A stretch of 50,611 nt of DNA, from positions 1-50,611 of IMG/VR virus record IMGVR_UViG_3300010234_000001; one strand, 5' to 3'. Both the position numbers and the translations under genes were made by a program. The notes beneath the pieces were generated by a model that was not told the DNA's origin, ran no database searches, and saw only the letters and a program-made list of their open reading frames with translations. The stretch comes from a virus (lineage: Duplodnaviria; Heunggongvirae; Uroviricota; Caudoviricetes). Shown piece after piece: positions 17,116 through 26,319 of this stretch (its first letter is position 1; every line of letters begins with the position of its first letter).

Positions 17116-17118
17116 AAA

Positions 17119-17679
17119 ATGTTTAACTGGATCAATATCAATTATGTAATCCATTCAATTATTGCCCTATCAATGATAGCAGTAGTTGGGCCTTTGGCAT
17201 ATTGGACTTTTGACAGAACCCCCCCTATTGAAATTGTAAGTAGCGTTGAAATTACACCACAAATTAAAGCGGGTGAATCTTTTCGATATGAGCAAGAAAT
17301 TTTCAGGGATGAACTTTGCCATACCGTGATTGAAAGAAGGCTTATTGATGGGGCAAATATACTTCACCATTTTACCCCTATCACTAGAGAAGCGGGTGGT
17401 ACACTAGCTTGGCCGGATTCCGAAACCAGAATTATTTCTATAAAAATTCCGGAAGATGTTTCACCGGGTCAATCCATACTTCAAGTTTCCGCGACATTTA
17501 GATGCAACCCCGTACATCAATTGTGGCCGATAAGAATTCAGTTAACCGACCATTATTTTGAAGTATTGCCTAATGATATTACAGCACAGCTTCGTCAATT
17601 GGAAGAACAAGGTTTATTGCGCGATCTACCAGAGGCTGTTGAGCGCAGCCTAGCGTTGCCCCCGCAAGAAATTCAATAA
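17119..17679 (+). CDS. N-terminally membrane-anchored protein (possible lysis accessory)
   Basis: N-terminal TM helix, beta-rich domain with two Cys. Confidence 0.55.
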   Translation: MFNWININYVIHSIIALSMIAVVGPLAYWTFDRTPPIEIVSSVEITPQIKAGESFRYEQEIFRDELCHTVIERRLIDGANILHHFTPITREAGGTLAWPDSETRIISIKIPEDVSPGQSILQVSATFRCNPVHQLWPIRIQLTDHYFEVLPNDITAQLRQLEEQGLLRDLPEAVERSLALPPQEIQ

Positions 17680-17685
17680 AGCCCC

Positions 17686-17714
17686 TTGACATCCCCCGCA
17701 GGATGGTGTAATAT
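17686..17714 (+). promoter_or_regulatory. early/middle promoter
   Basis: TTGACA-N17-TAATAT. Confidence 0.7.
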
Positions 17715-17751
17715 CCGCCTCTGAATCCCTACAGAGAGGAATACACCAACA

Positions 17752-18774
17752 ATGGGCGATCTACTTCTAGACACCATATATGTACCAAAACTTGCCGGTC
17801 GGCTGGATAGATTCCGCCGAACGAGCAGTTATACGTGGAATTTTAGATGCCCCATCTGCAACGATTCGGCCAAGAACAAATACAAGGCGAGGGGCTATAT
17901 CTATAAGAAGCGCAGTGATCTATACTTTCACTGCCATAACTGCGGATCAAGCATGTCTTTCCCGAAATTTTTAAAGACGGTCGATCCTTACCTATATCGG
18001 GAATATCAGTATGACAAGCTAAAGGGAACCAAAGACGAAGAAAAAATAGGCGAAGGAACCGAATACGTAACAAAAACATTCAGTTCTAACGTGAAAATCA
18101 AGCTTTCTAGAATATCCGACCTTACAAACATACATCCGGCGAAAAGATTTTTAGTAAATCGGAAGATTCCAAAAGATTTTTTCACTTCTTTGTATTATAC
18201 GGAAGATTATTTCGCATTTATAGACGAAATATTACCCAACAATAACAAGGACTTACCGAGCGACAAAAGGATCGTAATCCCTTTATATAATAAAAACAAT
18301 GAGTTACAAGGTGTGCAAGGTAGGGCACTCCGTAAGTCCTCCAACAAATATATAACAATACTGCTTAATGAAGCCTCTTCCAAAATATACGGTTTGGAGA
18401 GACTTGATCCTGCCAAAACGGTGTATGTTGTAGAAGGTCCGTTTGACAGCATGTTCATTGAGAACGCTATTGCCGCAACGGATGCGCAACTTTATAACAT
18501 CCCAATTAAACTAGAATCCATGGGATATGAAAAACTCGACTACGTTTTCGTTTACGATAACGAGCCGAGAAACAAGGATATTGTCAAACACATGAGGAAG
18601 ACAATTGACTTGGGCTACAAAATTTTCATCTGGCCGTCCGATATGACGGAGTATAAAGATGTGAATGAAGCCATTTTAAATGGTGTTTCTTTGGCTGAAA
18701 TGTACCATACCATCCAAAACCGCATTTTTCGCGATTTAAATGCCAAAATAGAATTTGCGCAGTGGAGCGCTTAA
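17752..18774 (+). CDS. 61: DNA primase (T4 gp61-like)
   Basis: NFRCPICND...CHNCG zinc domain; VVEGPFDS, YDNEPRN, KDVNE TOPRIM motifs. Confidence 0.95.
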   Translation: MGDLLLDTIYVPKLAGRLDRFRRTSSYTWNFRCPICNDSAKNKYKARGYIYKKRSDLYFHCHNCGSSMSFPKFLKTVDPYLYREYQYDKLKGTKDEEKIGEGTEYVTKTFSSNVKIKLSRISDLTNIHPAKRFLVNRKIPKDFFTSLYYTEDYFAFIDEILPNNNKDLPSDKRIVIPLYNKNNELQGVQGRALRKSSNKYITILLNEASSKIYGLERLDPAKTVYVVEGPFDSMFIENAIAATDAQLYNIPIKLESMGYEKLDYVFVYDNEPRNKDIVKHMRKTIDLGYKIFIWPSDMTEYKDVNEAILNGVSLAEMYHTIQNRIFRDLNAKIEFAQWSA

Positions 18775-18829
18775 ATTCTCTTAATGAAATCAATGCTTTA
18801 TAAGGGCAAAAAAGTGGAGTAAAAAAAAC

Positions 18830-19645
18830 TTGAAAAACGTTATTTTGAAGGGGGTCACATTTCCCCTTAATATTGAAGACATAGAGACGCCGGAAGACTT
18901 TATAGCATATTGCGCAAGAGTTTCCAACCCTAAAAATCAGGCTAACAAGGAAACCGCATCAAAACTGCTGCGGTATCTAATCAAGCATAAGCATTGGTCC
19001 CCATTCGAAATGGTGGACGTTGTGATTGAGATTAATACCAATCGCGACATTGGACGCCAGATTTTACGGCATCGAAGTTTCTCATTCCAAGAATTTTCCC
19101 AAAGATACGCGGAAGTCGATACTACGACTTTGACTAGAAGCAGGGAAGCGAGAATGCAAGACCCGGATAATCGGCAGAACAGCAAGTCACTTCGGGACTT
19201 TACCTTGCAGCAAGAATGGGATGATCATGTGGATAAAGCCAAACGGAAGATTATTGATTGCTATAATTGGGCAATTGATAACGGCATTGCCAAAGAGGTT
19301 GCCAGAACGATCTTGCCGGAAGGGTTTACCCCAACAAAGATGTACATGAAAGGTAGTCTCCGTAGCTGGATTCACTACTGCGCGCTACGCATGACCAAAG
19401 GTACGCAAAAGGAACATCGGGATATCGCGGAAGCGTGTTGGAAGCTTGTTGTTGAACAAGTTCCGGCCCTTGAAGGCGTAGCCGAAGACATACGGGACGA
19501 ATACGAGAGGGATAACAATAGATCATTAGAAGATGCAATATCAAAGCTCAAAGGGGCTACCGAATGGACCGGTGGTCATGGTATGCCGGGAACAGATATG
19601 CGTGCAATTAATGAAGCTATTCAAGATTTGGAGAAGCTATTGTGA
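18830..19645 (+). CDS. thyX: flavin-dependent thymidylate synthase
   Basis: ARVSN, HWSPFE, RQILRHRSFSFQEFSQRY, AKEVAR, QKEHR. Confidence 0.95.
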   Translation: MKNVILKGVTFPLNIEDIETPEDFIAYCARVSNPKNQANKETASKLLRYLIKHKHWSPFEMVDVVIEINTNRDIGRQILRHRSFSFQEFSQRYAEVDTTTLTRSREARMQDPDNRQNSKSLRDFTLQQEWDDHVDKAKRKIIDCYNWAIDNGIAKEVARTILPEGFTPTKMYMKGSLRSWIHYCALRMTKGTQKEHRDIAEACWKLVVEQVPALEGVAEDIRDEYERDNNRSLEDAISKLKGATEWTGGHGMPGTDMRAINEAIQDLEKLL

Positions 19646-19712
19646 AAAAAACTGAAAATGCCGCCATAGACGACGCAAAACAACTATTAACAAACAAGGA
19701 ATAACAGAAAGA

Positions 19713-22544
19713 ATGAATAACGACAATTATTTTCCAACGGTCTACCAAGATTTTATACACAAATCGCGCTACGCAAGATGGCTATGGAAAGAAAAGAGAC
19801 GGGAAACGTGGCAAGAAACTGTTGGCAGATATTTCGATTTCTTTGAAGAACATTTGCAAGAAAAATGTGAATACATCCTAAGTATTGATGAAAGGAATGA
19901 ACTTGAAGAAGCCGTACTAGGGCTTCGCGCAATGCCAAGCATGCGATGCTTAATGACTGCCGGTCCCGCATTGAAACGGGAGAATGTTGCCGGATATAAC
20001 TGCTTTCGGGGAAGTGAAGAATTTCTCACGAAAGATGGTTATAAGCAATTTCATGAAGTTGTTGGGGAAACGGTAGAAGTTTATACTCCAAAAGGATGGA
20101 AACCTGCCAAGGTTGCTTCGTATGGAAATCAAAAACTTCAGAGAGTTACTTTTAAACCATCAAGAAAAACTAATGTTAGATTTTCTGTTGACGTTACGCC
20201 AAATCATAGATGGTTAACAACGAATCGCGGAGAAATAACAAATTTATCTATTGGAGACAAAGTTAAATCCAATCTTCAAACAGATAACTTTGAATTTATT
20301 CCTCAAGCATTTATTCGAGGGTTTGGATATGGAGACGGGACATTAGATTCCAGAGGTAGGGCTAAATTACGTCTTTGTGGTAATAAAGATGTAAAATGGC
20401 TTTCCGTGTTTGAATCTTATGGTAACGCATCAATATGGTCACCCGAAAAAATGAATGGGGACGTATTGATAGTTTACCATAAAGGATATTTTGGTAATTG
20501 GAAGGAACTTCCGATAGAACATATGCAAGATATTAATTACATGAAATCGTGGTTGGATGGTTATCTTGCAGCGGACGGTCATGTTAATTCTAAACAACCC
20601 GGATTGTCTTCACAGAATTACGACGCCATCCAATTCGTGAAATATATTGCTCCAATGTGTGGCTATATTGTTACCGGAGAAAATACTTCATTAGTTATGG
20701 AAACAAACTTTGGAATACGAAAAAATCCGCTGACTAGATTAACACTAAGAAATGAAGCGGAATTTATCGTAACTAATATTGAAGAACTTGATGAAACTGA
20801 AGAAGTTTTTTGTGTGCAAGAACCGGAAACGCACTCATTTACTCTTGCGAGCGGATTATTAACTGGAAATTGTAGTTATGTTGCTGTTGATAGTTTGCGT
20901 TCATTTGACGAAATTCTTTACATCCTTATGAATGGTACGGGCGTTGGCTTTTCTGTAGAAAAAAAGTATGTCAATCAACTACCAATCATAGCAGAGGAAT
21001 TCTATGACACTGATTCAACGGTTGTCGTCGCAGATTCAAAACTCGGATGGGCAAAAGCGCTCAAAGAGCTTATTCATCTTCTCGCTTCTGGACAAATTCC
21101 ACGGTGGGATGTTTCGAAGATCAGACCCGCTGGTGCGCCTCTCAAAACATTTGGTGGCCGTGCTTCGGGACCGGCAGTCCTAGTTGATTTATTTGATTTT
21201 GTAACAAGAGTTTTCCGCAATGCGGCCGGAAGACGCTTGACAACGCTCGAATGTCATGATATAGTGTGCAAGATTGCGGAAATCGTTGTTGTGGGCGGCG
21301 TTCGTCGTTCCGCGCTAATTTCGTTGTCCGATCTTTCGGATGACCTTATGCGATCCGCAAAGTCAGGTCAATGGTGGGAATCAAATCCCCAACGTGCGCT
21401 GGCAAACAACTCGTTTGTTGGCAACGGTCATATTGACACGGGAGTATTTTTAAAAGAATGGTTATCACTCTATGAATCAAAATCGGGCGAACGGGGAATC
21501 TTCTCAAGAACTGCGGCGCAAAATCAAGCAAGCTATAATGGACGACGTGACGAAACGCTTGATTTTGGAACAAACCCATGCTCGGAAATCATTCTTCGGA
21601 ATAGGGAATTCTGTAACCTATCCGAAGTCGTTGTTCGAGCGACCGACAGTGTGGAGACCCTAAAAGAAAAGGTTCGTATCGCCACTATACTCGGAACATT
21701 CCAGTCAACTCTTACGGATTTCCGATATCTTTCAAAGAAATGGAAAGAGAACTGTGAAGAAGAGCGTTTGCTTGGTGTGTCCTTGACCGGAATCATGGAC
21801 AACGCGCTGACCAATAGTTTACCGTCAAGCACAAACGGTATGCCTATTGAAATTATGGCTAATGATGATTACGAATTGCCGGGAATTCTTCAGGAACTGA
21901 AGCGGGTAGCGGTAGAAACAAACAAGGAATGGGCGGAAAAGCTAGGAATTAATCAGTCCACGGCTATTACTTGCGTCAAGCCGTCCGGAACCGTGTCGCA
22001 GCTAGTGGATAGCGCATCGGGCATTCATTCCCGTCATGCGCCATACTATATTCGAACTATTCGGGCCGACAAGAAAGACCCGCTAGCTAAGCTTATGATC
22101 GATCTTGGTTTCCCTTACGAAGATGACGTAATGAAGCCGGATCACACATACGTTTTCTCATTCCCCGTAAAGTCGCCAAGCGATGCGGTATACAGGGAAG
22201 ATAGAACGGCAATCGAGCAACTTGAATTATGGAAAGTATATCAGGATAACTGGTGTGAGCACAAGCCTTCAATCACAATATCAGTCAAAGAGGATGAGTG
22301 GGTTGAAGTGGGTGCTTGGGTTTTCAATAACTTTGATAGAATGAGCGGAGTATCGTTTTTGCCATTCACGGATCATGTTTATAAGCAAGCCCCATATCAA
22401 GATGCTACGGAAGAAGAATATAAAGAACTATTGGAAATCATGCCGGATGGTATTGATTGGAACTTATTAAAGGATTATGAAAATGTCGATGAAACAATCG
22501 GATCACAAGAACTCGCCTGTGTCGCCGGAAATTGTGAAATCTAA
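19713..22544 (+). CDS. nrdJ: class II (B12-dependent) ribonucleotide reductase containing an intein
   Basis: RRETW.E.V.R, GGVRRSA, TNPCSEI, FCNLSE, TCVKPSGT, C-terminal CVAGNCEI. Confidence 0.93.
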   Translation: MNNDNYFPTVYQDFIHKSRYARWLWKEKRRETWQETVGRYFDFFEEHLQEKCEYILSIDERNELEEAVLGLRAMPSMRCLMTAGPALKRENVAGYNCFRGSEEFLTKDGYKQFHEVVGETVEVYTPKGWKPAKVASYGNQKLQRVTFKPSRKTNVRFSVDVTPNHRWLTTNRGEITNLSIGDKVKSNLQTDNFEFIPQAFIRGFGYGDGTLDSRGRAKLRLCGNKDVKWLSVFESYGNASIWSPEKMNGDVLIVYHKGYFGNWKELPIEHMQDINYMKSWLDGYLAADGHVNSKQPGLSSQNYDAIQFVKYIAPMCGYIVTGENTSLVMETNFGIRKNPLTRLTLRNEAEFIVTNIEELDETEEVFCVQEPETHSFTLASGLLTGNCSYVAVDSLRSFDEILYILMNGTGVGFSVEKKYVNQLPIIAEEFYDTDSTVVVADSKLGWAKALKELIHLLASGQIPRWDVSKIRPAGAPLKTFGGRASGPAVLVDLFDFVTRVFRNAAGRRLTTLECHDIVCKIAEIVVVGGVRRSALISLSDLSDDLMRSAKSGQWWESNPQRALANNSFVGNGHIDTGVFLKEWLSLYESKSGERGIFSRTAAQNQASYNGRRDETLDFGTNPCSEIILRNREFCNLSEVVVRATDSVETLKEKVRIATILGTFQSTLTDFRYLSKKWKENCEEERLLGVSLTGIMDNALTNSLPSSTNGMPIEIMANDDYELPGILQELKRVAVETNKEWAEKLGINQSTAITCVKPSGTVSQLVDSASGIHSRHAPYYIRTIRADKKDPLAKLMIDLGFPYEDDVMKPDHTYVFSFPVKSPSDAVYREDRTAIEQLELWKVYQDNWCEHKPSITISVKEDEWVEVGAWVFNNFDRMSGVSFLPFTDHVYKQAPYQDATEEEYKELLEIMPDGIDWNLLKDYENVDETIGSQELACVAGNCEI
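20001..20870 (+). mobile_element. intein (290 aa) with a LAGLIDADG-type endonuclease
   Basis: GYN|CFRGSEEFL...LLTGN|CSY; TPNHRW block B; AFIRGFGYGDG and WLDGYLAADG motifs. Confidence 0.92.
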
Positions 22545-22791
22545 AAAGACTTATGTCCACTGGCAAGAACCGGTGGGTGAAGATGAATTAGGAACCTTCG
22601 GATGGGAAATTAAGATGGAAAAAAGTGAAGCCATCCGTTGGTATCGTCAAAAAAGAATACAAAGTAAGTTTACTTCCGAACGGAGTCGTAATATATTACG
22701 AAATATGACTGATGATGAAATATTTGAAGATTTAGTCATTTGTTATTGGGGGTATGTAACAGAAGAAGAGGATAATAGTAATGACGGATAA
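22534..22791 (+). CDS. hypothetical protein (start uncertain)
   Basis: ORF overlapping the nrdJ end. Confidence 0.55.
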   Translation: MKSKKTYVHWQEPVGEDELGTFGWEIKMEKSEAIRWYRQKRIQSKFTSERSRNILRNMTDDEIFEDLVICYWGYVTEEEDNSNDG

Positions 22792-23194
22792 TGAAATAGA
22801 TAAAGCGGCGGAACGATCAAAATTTCAATTGATATTTGAGAATATGGACACTAGCGTCCACTACCCAATAAATAAAAAATTGCGAAGACTTTATAAATTT
22901 AAATTGCGACATATTCCATTATGGATTGTTTCTATTGGAAAAGCAACATTTGATAATCTGTATTCGCATGAAAAAGTATCGATAAGAGACCTTTTTTATG
23001 GTCGATATAGTTCGGATAAGCTGATTAAAGATGCGACCATACAATTGAATAAGCGGGAAGGGGTAGACAAAATCGATCAAATAGAAAAATATAGGAAGAT
23101 TGTGGACGAAATTAATGAAAGAAATAGAATTGAGGCACTAACAGAAGCGGAAGAAAGAATCGATGAAATTAGTAACGAAGGCAAGAGCGGATGA
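22781..23194 (+). CDS. hypothetical protein
   Basis: GAGGA SD, ORF. Confidence 0.65.
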   Translation: MTDNEIDKAAERSKFQLIFENMDTSVHYPINKKLRRLYKFKLRHIPLWIVSIGKATFDNLYSHEKVSIRDLFYGRYSSDKLIKDATIQLNKREGVDKIDQIEKYRKIVDEINERNRIEALTEAEERIDEISNEGKSG

Positions 23195-23363
23195 ACTGCT
23201 TCAATACTTCATCTATGTCATAGACGAAGATTTGAGCGCGGAGTTATTCGATTCGGTCGAACTGGCCGAAGAAGAAATACAAGAAGACTTACGGGATTAT
23301 ATCAACCAGCTTAAACAAAATTGGTATAATATACTCAAAGAAGCGGGAGTGGAAATCGCATGA
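23163..23363 (+). CDS. hypothetical acidic protein
   Basis: ORF with ATGA overlap to the next gene. Confidence 0.6.
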   Translation: MKLVTKARADELLQYFIYVIDEDLSAELFDSVELAEEEIQEDLRDYINQLKQNWYNILKEAGVEIA

Positions 23364-23656
23364 GTTTTACAATATACACAAAAGATGACTGCGTATTCTG
23401 TACGCGCGCAAAGAAATTACTGGAAGAGCATGGTAAAAGATACCATGAATATAAGTTTAGTGTTGATTTCAATAAAAGAGAACTTGCGGCAATAATAGGA
23501 TTGCCGGAAGATGCTAAAATAACTCTTCCGCAAATATTCGAATCCGGCTTCGATTACATCACGGATGAAGTCGATATGCTGAAAACCCACGTTGGCGGAT
23601 ACGAGCAACTGGTTCCATACTTGGAACGCCCAAAAATAGAAATAGATGGATGGTAG
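23360..23656 (+). CDS. glutaredoxin
   Basis: IYTKDDCVFC.RAK, TLPQIF, HVGGY. Confidence 0.9.
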   Translation: MSFTIYTKDDCVFCTRAKKLLEEHGKRYHEYKFSVDFNKRELAAIIGLPEDAKITLPQIFESGFDYITDEVDMLKTHVGGYEQLVPYLERPKIEIDGW

Positions 23657-23670
23657 ATAACAAGGAGTGA

Positions 23671-23719
23671 TATAAATACTGACATATGGTCCAAACCCAA
23701 GAAGGGAGACTTATGTCAG
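23671..23719 (+). promoter_or_regulatory. late promoter plus a hairpin occluding the start codon
   Basis: TATAAATA 23671-23678; ctgacata 23679-23686 pairs with tatgtcag 23712-23719, which contains ATG 23713. Confidence 0.6.
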
Positions 23720-24114
23720 ACTGGTTGTACAATGGAAAACCATTTACCGAAGAACATATTGGTTCAAACACTGCGTTTGTGTATCAGATAACAAACACTA
23801 GAAACAATAAAAAGTATATCGGTAAGAAAGTATTAAACTTCATCAGAAGAACAACCCGCAAAGGGAAAAAGGTGAAGGTTCTAAAAGAATCGGATTGGAA
23901 GACATATTTCGGTTCTAATAAAAAGTTAGTGGAAGAAGTCAAAACCCATGGGGCGGAAGACTTCAAGCGGGAAATTCTGCACTTGTGCAGAACTAAAGGT
24001 TCCGCGAATTATTTGGAATTGAAAGAACAGATACTTCAGGGTGCCCTTGAGTCTGACGATTACTACAACGAATGGATTAGAGTGAGAATCCATGCATCCC
24101 ACACCAAAAATTAA
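23713..24114 (+). CDS. denA: GIY-YIG endonuclease II (DenA-like)
   Basis: W.YNG, FVY.ITN..N.KKYIGKK, ESDWK.Y.GS, F.REIL, YYN..I. Confidence 0.8.
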   Translation: MSDWLYNGKPFTEEHIGSNTAFVYQITNTRNNKKYIGKKVLNFIRRTTRKGKKVKVLKESDWKTYFGSNKKLVEEVKTHGAEDFKREILHLCRTKGSANYLELKEQILQGALESDDYYNEWIRVRIHASHTKN

Positions 24115-24117
24115 AGC

Positions 24118-24146
24118 TTGACAAGCCCTTGCGGGCATGCTAGGTT
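24118..24146 (+). promoter_or_regulatory. early promoter
   Basis: TTGACA-N17-TAGGTT with GCATGC before the -10. Confidence 0.7.
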
Positions 24147-24221
24147 ACGGATACTGAAATGAGCATGCGGGCGATGAAGCGCGCATGTACGACCCAACAT
24201 ACTGAAATGAAAGAGGTATAC

Positions 24222-25229
24222 ATGAGCGATAACAATATTTTTGATACAATTGGTTCCGAACACAAGCCGAAGCCTAAAAATCGTGATAGGAACGCAGTAG
24301 AACCTAACACGGAAGAAGAAATTAACGTAAAAGACACCGGAAAAGGGGACAAGCGTAGATGGGGTTCCGTTGGGGACATCTATCACGGGCTTAGCTCCAC
24401 GCACGAAATCCTTCCAACCGGTCTTTTTAATTGTAAAATCATCAACAACATTGGTCCCGCACTCGAAAAGCGGGCTAACGACACGGATGATCTAATTCGA
24501 TTCCCCGATTCGGATATTGAAGGAATTATCAATGAATTCCATCAGTTTTGGGAGATTGAAAAGAGGTTCCGCGAACGCGGTTTTCTTCACAAGCGGGGAT
24601 TCCTGCTATACGGTCCGCCCGGAAGTGGTAAAACTTCGTGCGTACAACTGTTGATCAAGTCCCTTATTGACAGCTACGAAGGAATCGTGGTAATGATCGA
24701 CAATCCGGAGGTTGCCGCCGAATGTCTGGCAATGCTTCGCAAGGTGGAGAAGTCCAGACCAATCATTGGTATCATCGAGGATATTGATGCGGTCGTGGAC
24801 AGATACGACGAAGATGATTTTCTGTCATTGCTTGACGGCGAAAGACAGGTTGATAATGTTATTTTCGTCGCTACGACCAACTATCCGGAACGACTGGACC
24901 CCCGATTTATCGACCGTCCATCAAGATTCGACACAATCAAGCTTATCGATATGCCTAATGCGGCATCCCGCGAGATTTATCTTTCAACCAAGGAAAAATC
25001 CTTGAGGGAAGATGCTGAAGAGCTTGAGAAATGGGTAAAGGCAAGCAAAGGATTTTCCGTTGCCCACCTGAAGGAAATGATCATTGCTATAAAGTGTTTT
25101 GATCAGGACTTCGATAGTGTTGTTGAGCGTCTTAGCGCAATGCAAAAGCGTAAAATTGATTCGGCCGAATATGACGAAATGTCCACGTTCGGATTCATGC
25201 CAACTAAAAACAAACTTGATGACGATTAA
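24222..25229 (+). CDS. AAA+ ATPase
   Basis: RGFLLYGPPGSGKT, IIEDID, ATTNYPERLDP..RPSRFD. Confidence 0.9.
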   Translation: MSDNNIFDTIGSEHKPKPKNRDRNAVEPNTEEEINVKDTGKGDKRRWGSVGDIYHGLSSTHEILPTGLFNCKIINNIGPALEKRANDTDDLIRFPDSDIEGIINEFHQFWEIEKRFRERGFLHKRGFLLYGPPGSGKTSCVQLLIKSLIDSYEGIVVMIDNPEVAAECLAMLRKVEKSRPIIGIIEDIDAVVDRYDEDDFLSLLDGERQVDNVIFVATTNYPERLDPRFIDRPSRFDTIKLIDMPNAASREIYLSTKEKSLREDAEELEKWVKASKGFSVAHLKEMIIAIKCFDQDFDSVVERLSAMQKRKIDSAEYDEMSTFGFMPTKNKLDDD

Positions 25230-25240
25230 GGAGAAACATA

Positions 25241-25573
25241 ATGATCTTTAGCGATGAACTAGACGCACTGGAAGCTCACGTAAAAGTAACAAAAACCGAA
25301 CCAAACCTACGCAACACCCTATTTCGTTCCCTTTTAGTGGATTTTCTCACCGAAGGGGTATGCAAGGTGACCTTCACCAAGAAGGATGGCAGCGAGCGTA
25401 TTATGAACGCCACGTTGCATCCCTCTTGGCTTCCACAACCGGAAATTAAGGAAGAGGAAGGGGTTGACAAGGTGCCGAATTATGATATAATCACGGTTTG
25501 GGACATTGATAAGGACGACTGGCGGGCATTCCGTCTTGATAGTCTGAAAACGTTCAACGGTAGGGAGGTTTGA
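25241..25573 (+). CDS. WYL-like / SH3 beta-barrel protein
   Basis: VTFTKKDGSER.M.ATL...VWD.DK..WRAFR.D. Confidence 0.7.
   Translation: MIFSDELDALEAHVKVTKTEPNLRNTLFRSLLVDFLTEGVCKVTFTKKDGSERIMNATLHPSWLPQPEIKEEEGVDKVPNYDIITVWDIDKDDWRAFRLDSLKTFNGREV
25464..25491 (+). promoter_or_regulatory. early promoter inside a coding sequence
   Basis: TTGACA-N16-TATAAT with TG extension. Confidence 0.65.
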
Positions 25574-25574
25574 T

Positions 25575-26207
25575 ATGCCGACAGGATATACTCATGGAGT
25601 AGCCAATGGTGAAGTTACGACCTTCGCCCAATACGCAAAGCGGTGCGCAAGGGGAATGGGGGCGCTCGTATCGAAGCGCGACGATCCCCTTGATGACGAT
25701 CTTCCATCGAAAATCGAACCGTACACCGAATACTATGATGGAAAAATCGCGGAACTACAAGAAGAAATCAAATTTTTCTTGTATAAACCGGATAATGAAC
25801 TAAGGCACAAGATAACCAAAGAATATGTTGATGATCGTATTTCAACATATGAATACTTAAACGAGAATCGAGAGCAAATTGCCAGATATAATGATATGCT
25901 TGAGAAGGTCAAAGCATGGGTTCCCCCAACCGAAGATCATGTTAACTTTAAAAAATTCATGACGGATCAACTTGAAGATAGCATAAGCTTCGATGATTCA
26001 TCAAAGTATTATGAAGAAAGGTTAAATGATTTATTTTCGCAACCCATGCTAATTATCGATGATGATGTTCGAGAATATCGGGAACGGAATCTGAAAAGTG
26101 TTCGCGAAGATATTACTAGCTATGAGAAACGGCGGGATGAAGAAATCGAAAGTGCTAACCGCAACACCGTCTGGATTCAAGAAATGTTAAAATCATTGGA
26201 GGAATAA
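25575..26207 (+). CDS. conserved phage hypothetical protein (MPTGYT type)
   Basis: MPTGYT...F...CAR..GA...RD; W.PPT..H..K.FM..QL. Confidence 0.75.
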   Translation: MPTGYTHGVANGEVTTFAQYAKRCARGMGALVSKRDDPLDDDLPSKIEPYTEYYDGKIAELQEEIKFFLYKPDNELRHKITKEYVDDRISTYEYLNENREQIARYNDMLEKVKAWVPPTEDHVNFKKFMTDQLEDSISFDDSSKYYEERLNDLFSQPMLIIDDDVREYRERNLKSVREDITSYEKRRDEEIESANRNTVWIQEMLKSLEE

Positions 26208-26211
26208 TATT

Positions 26212-26316
26212 ATGGCATGGGAACGAAAGAACCGACCCCGGAAGGGCAGACGTAAAATCGGAAGCAAGAAACGCCGGGAGAGATTGAGACAGAGAAACGA
26301 AAAAAAGGGCAAGTAA
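26212..26316 (+). CDS. 34-aa highly basic peptide (absent from the ORF track)
   Basis: GGAGG SD; MAWERKNRPRKGRRKIGSKKRRERLRQRNEKKGK*; fills the intergenic gap. Confidence 0.7.
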   Translation: MAWERKNRPRKGRRKIGSKKRRERLRQRNEKKGK

Positions 26317-26319
26317 TTT

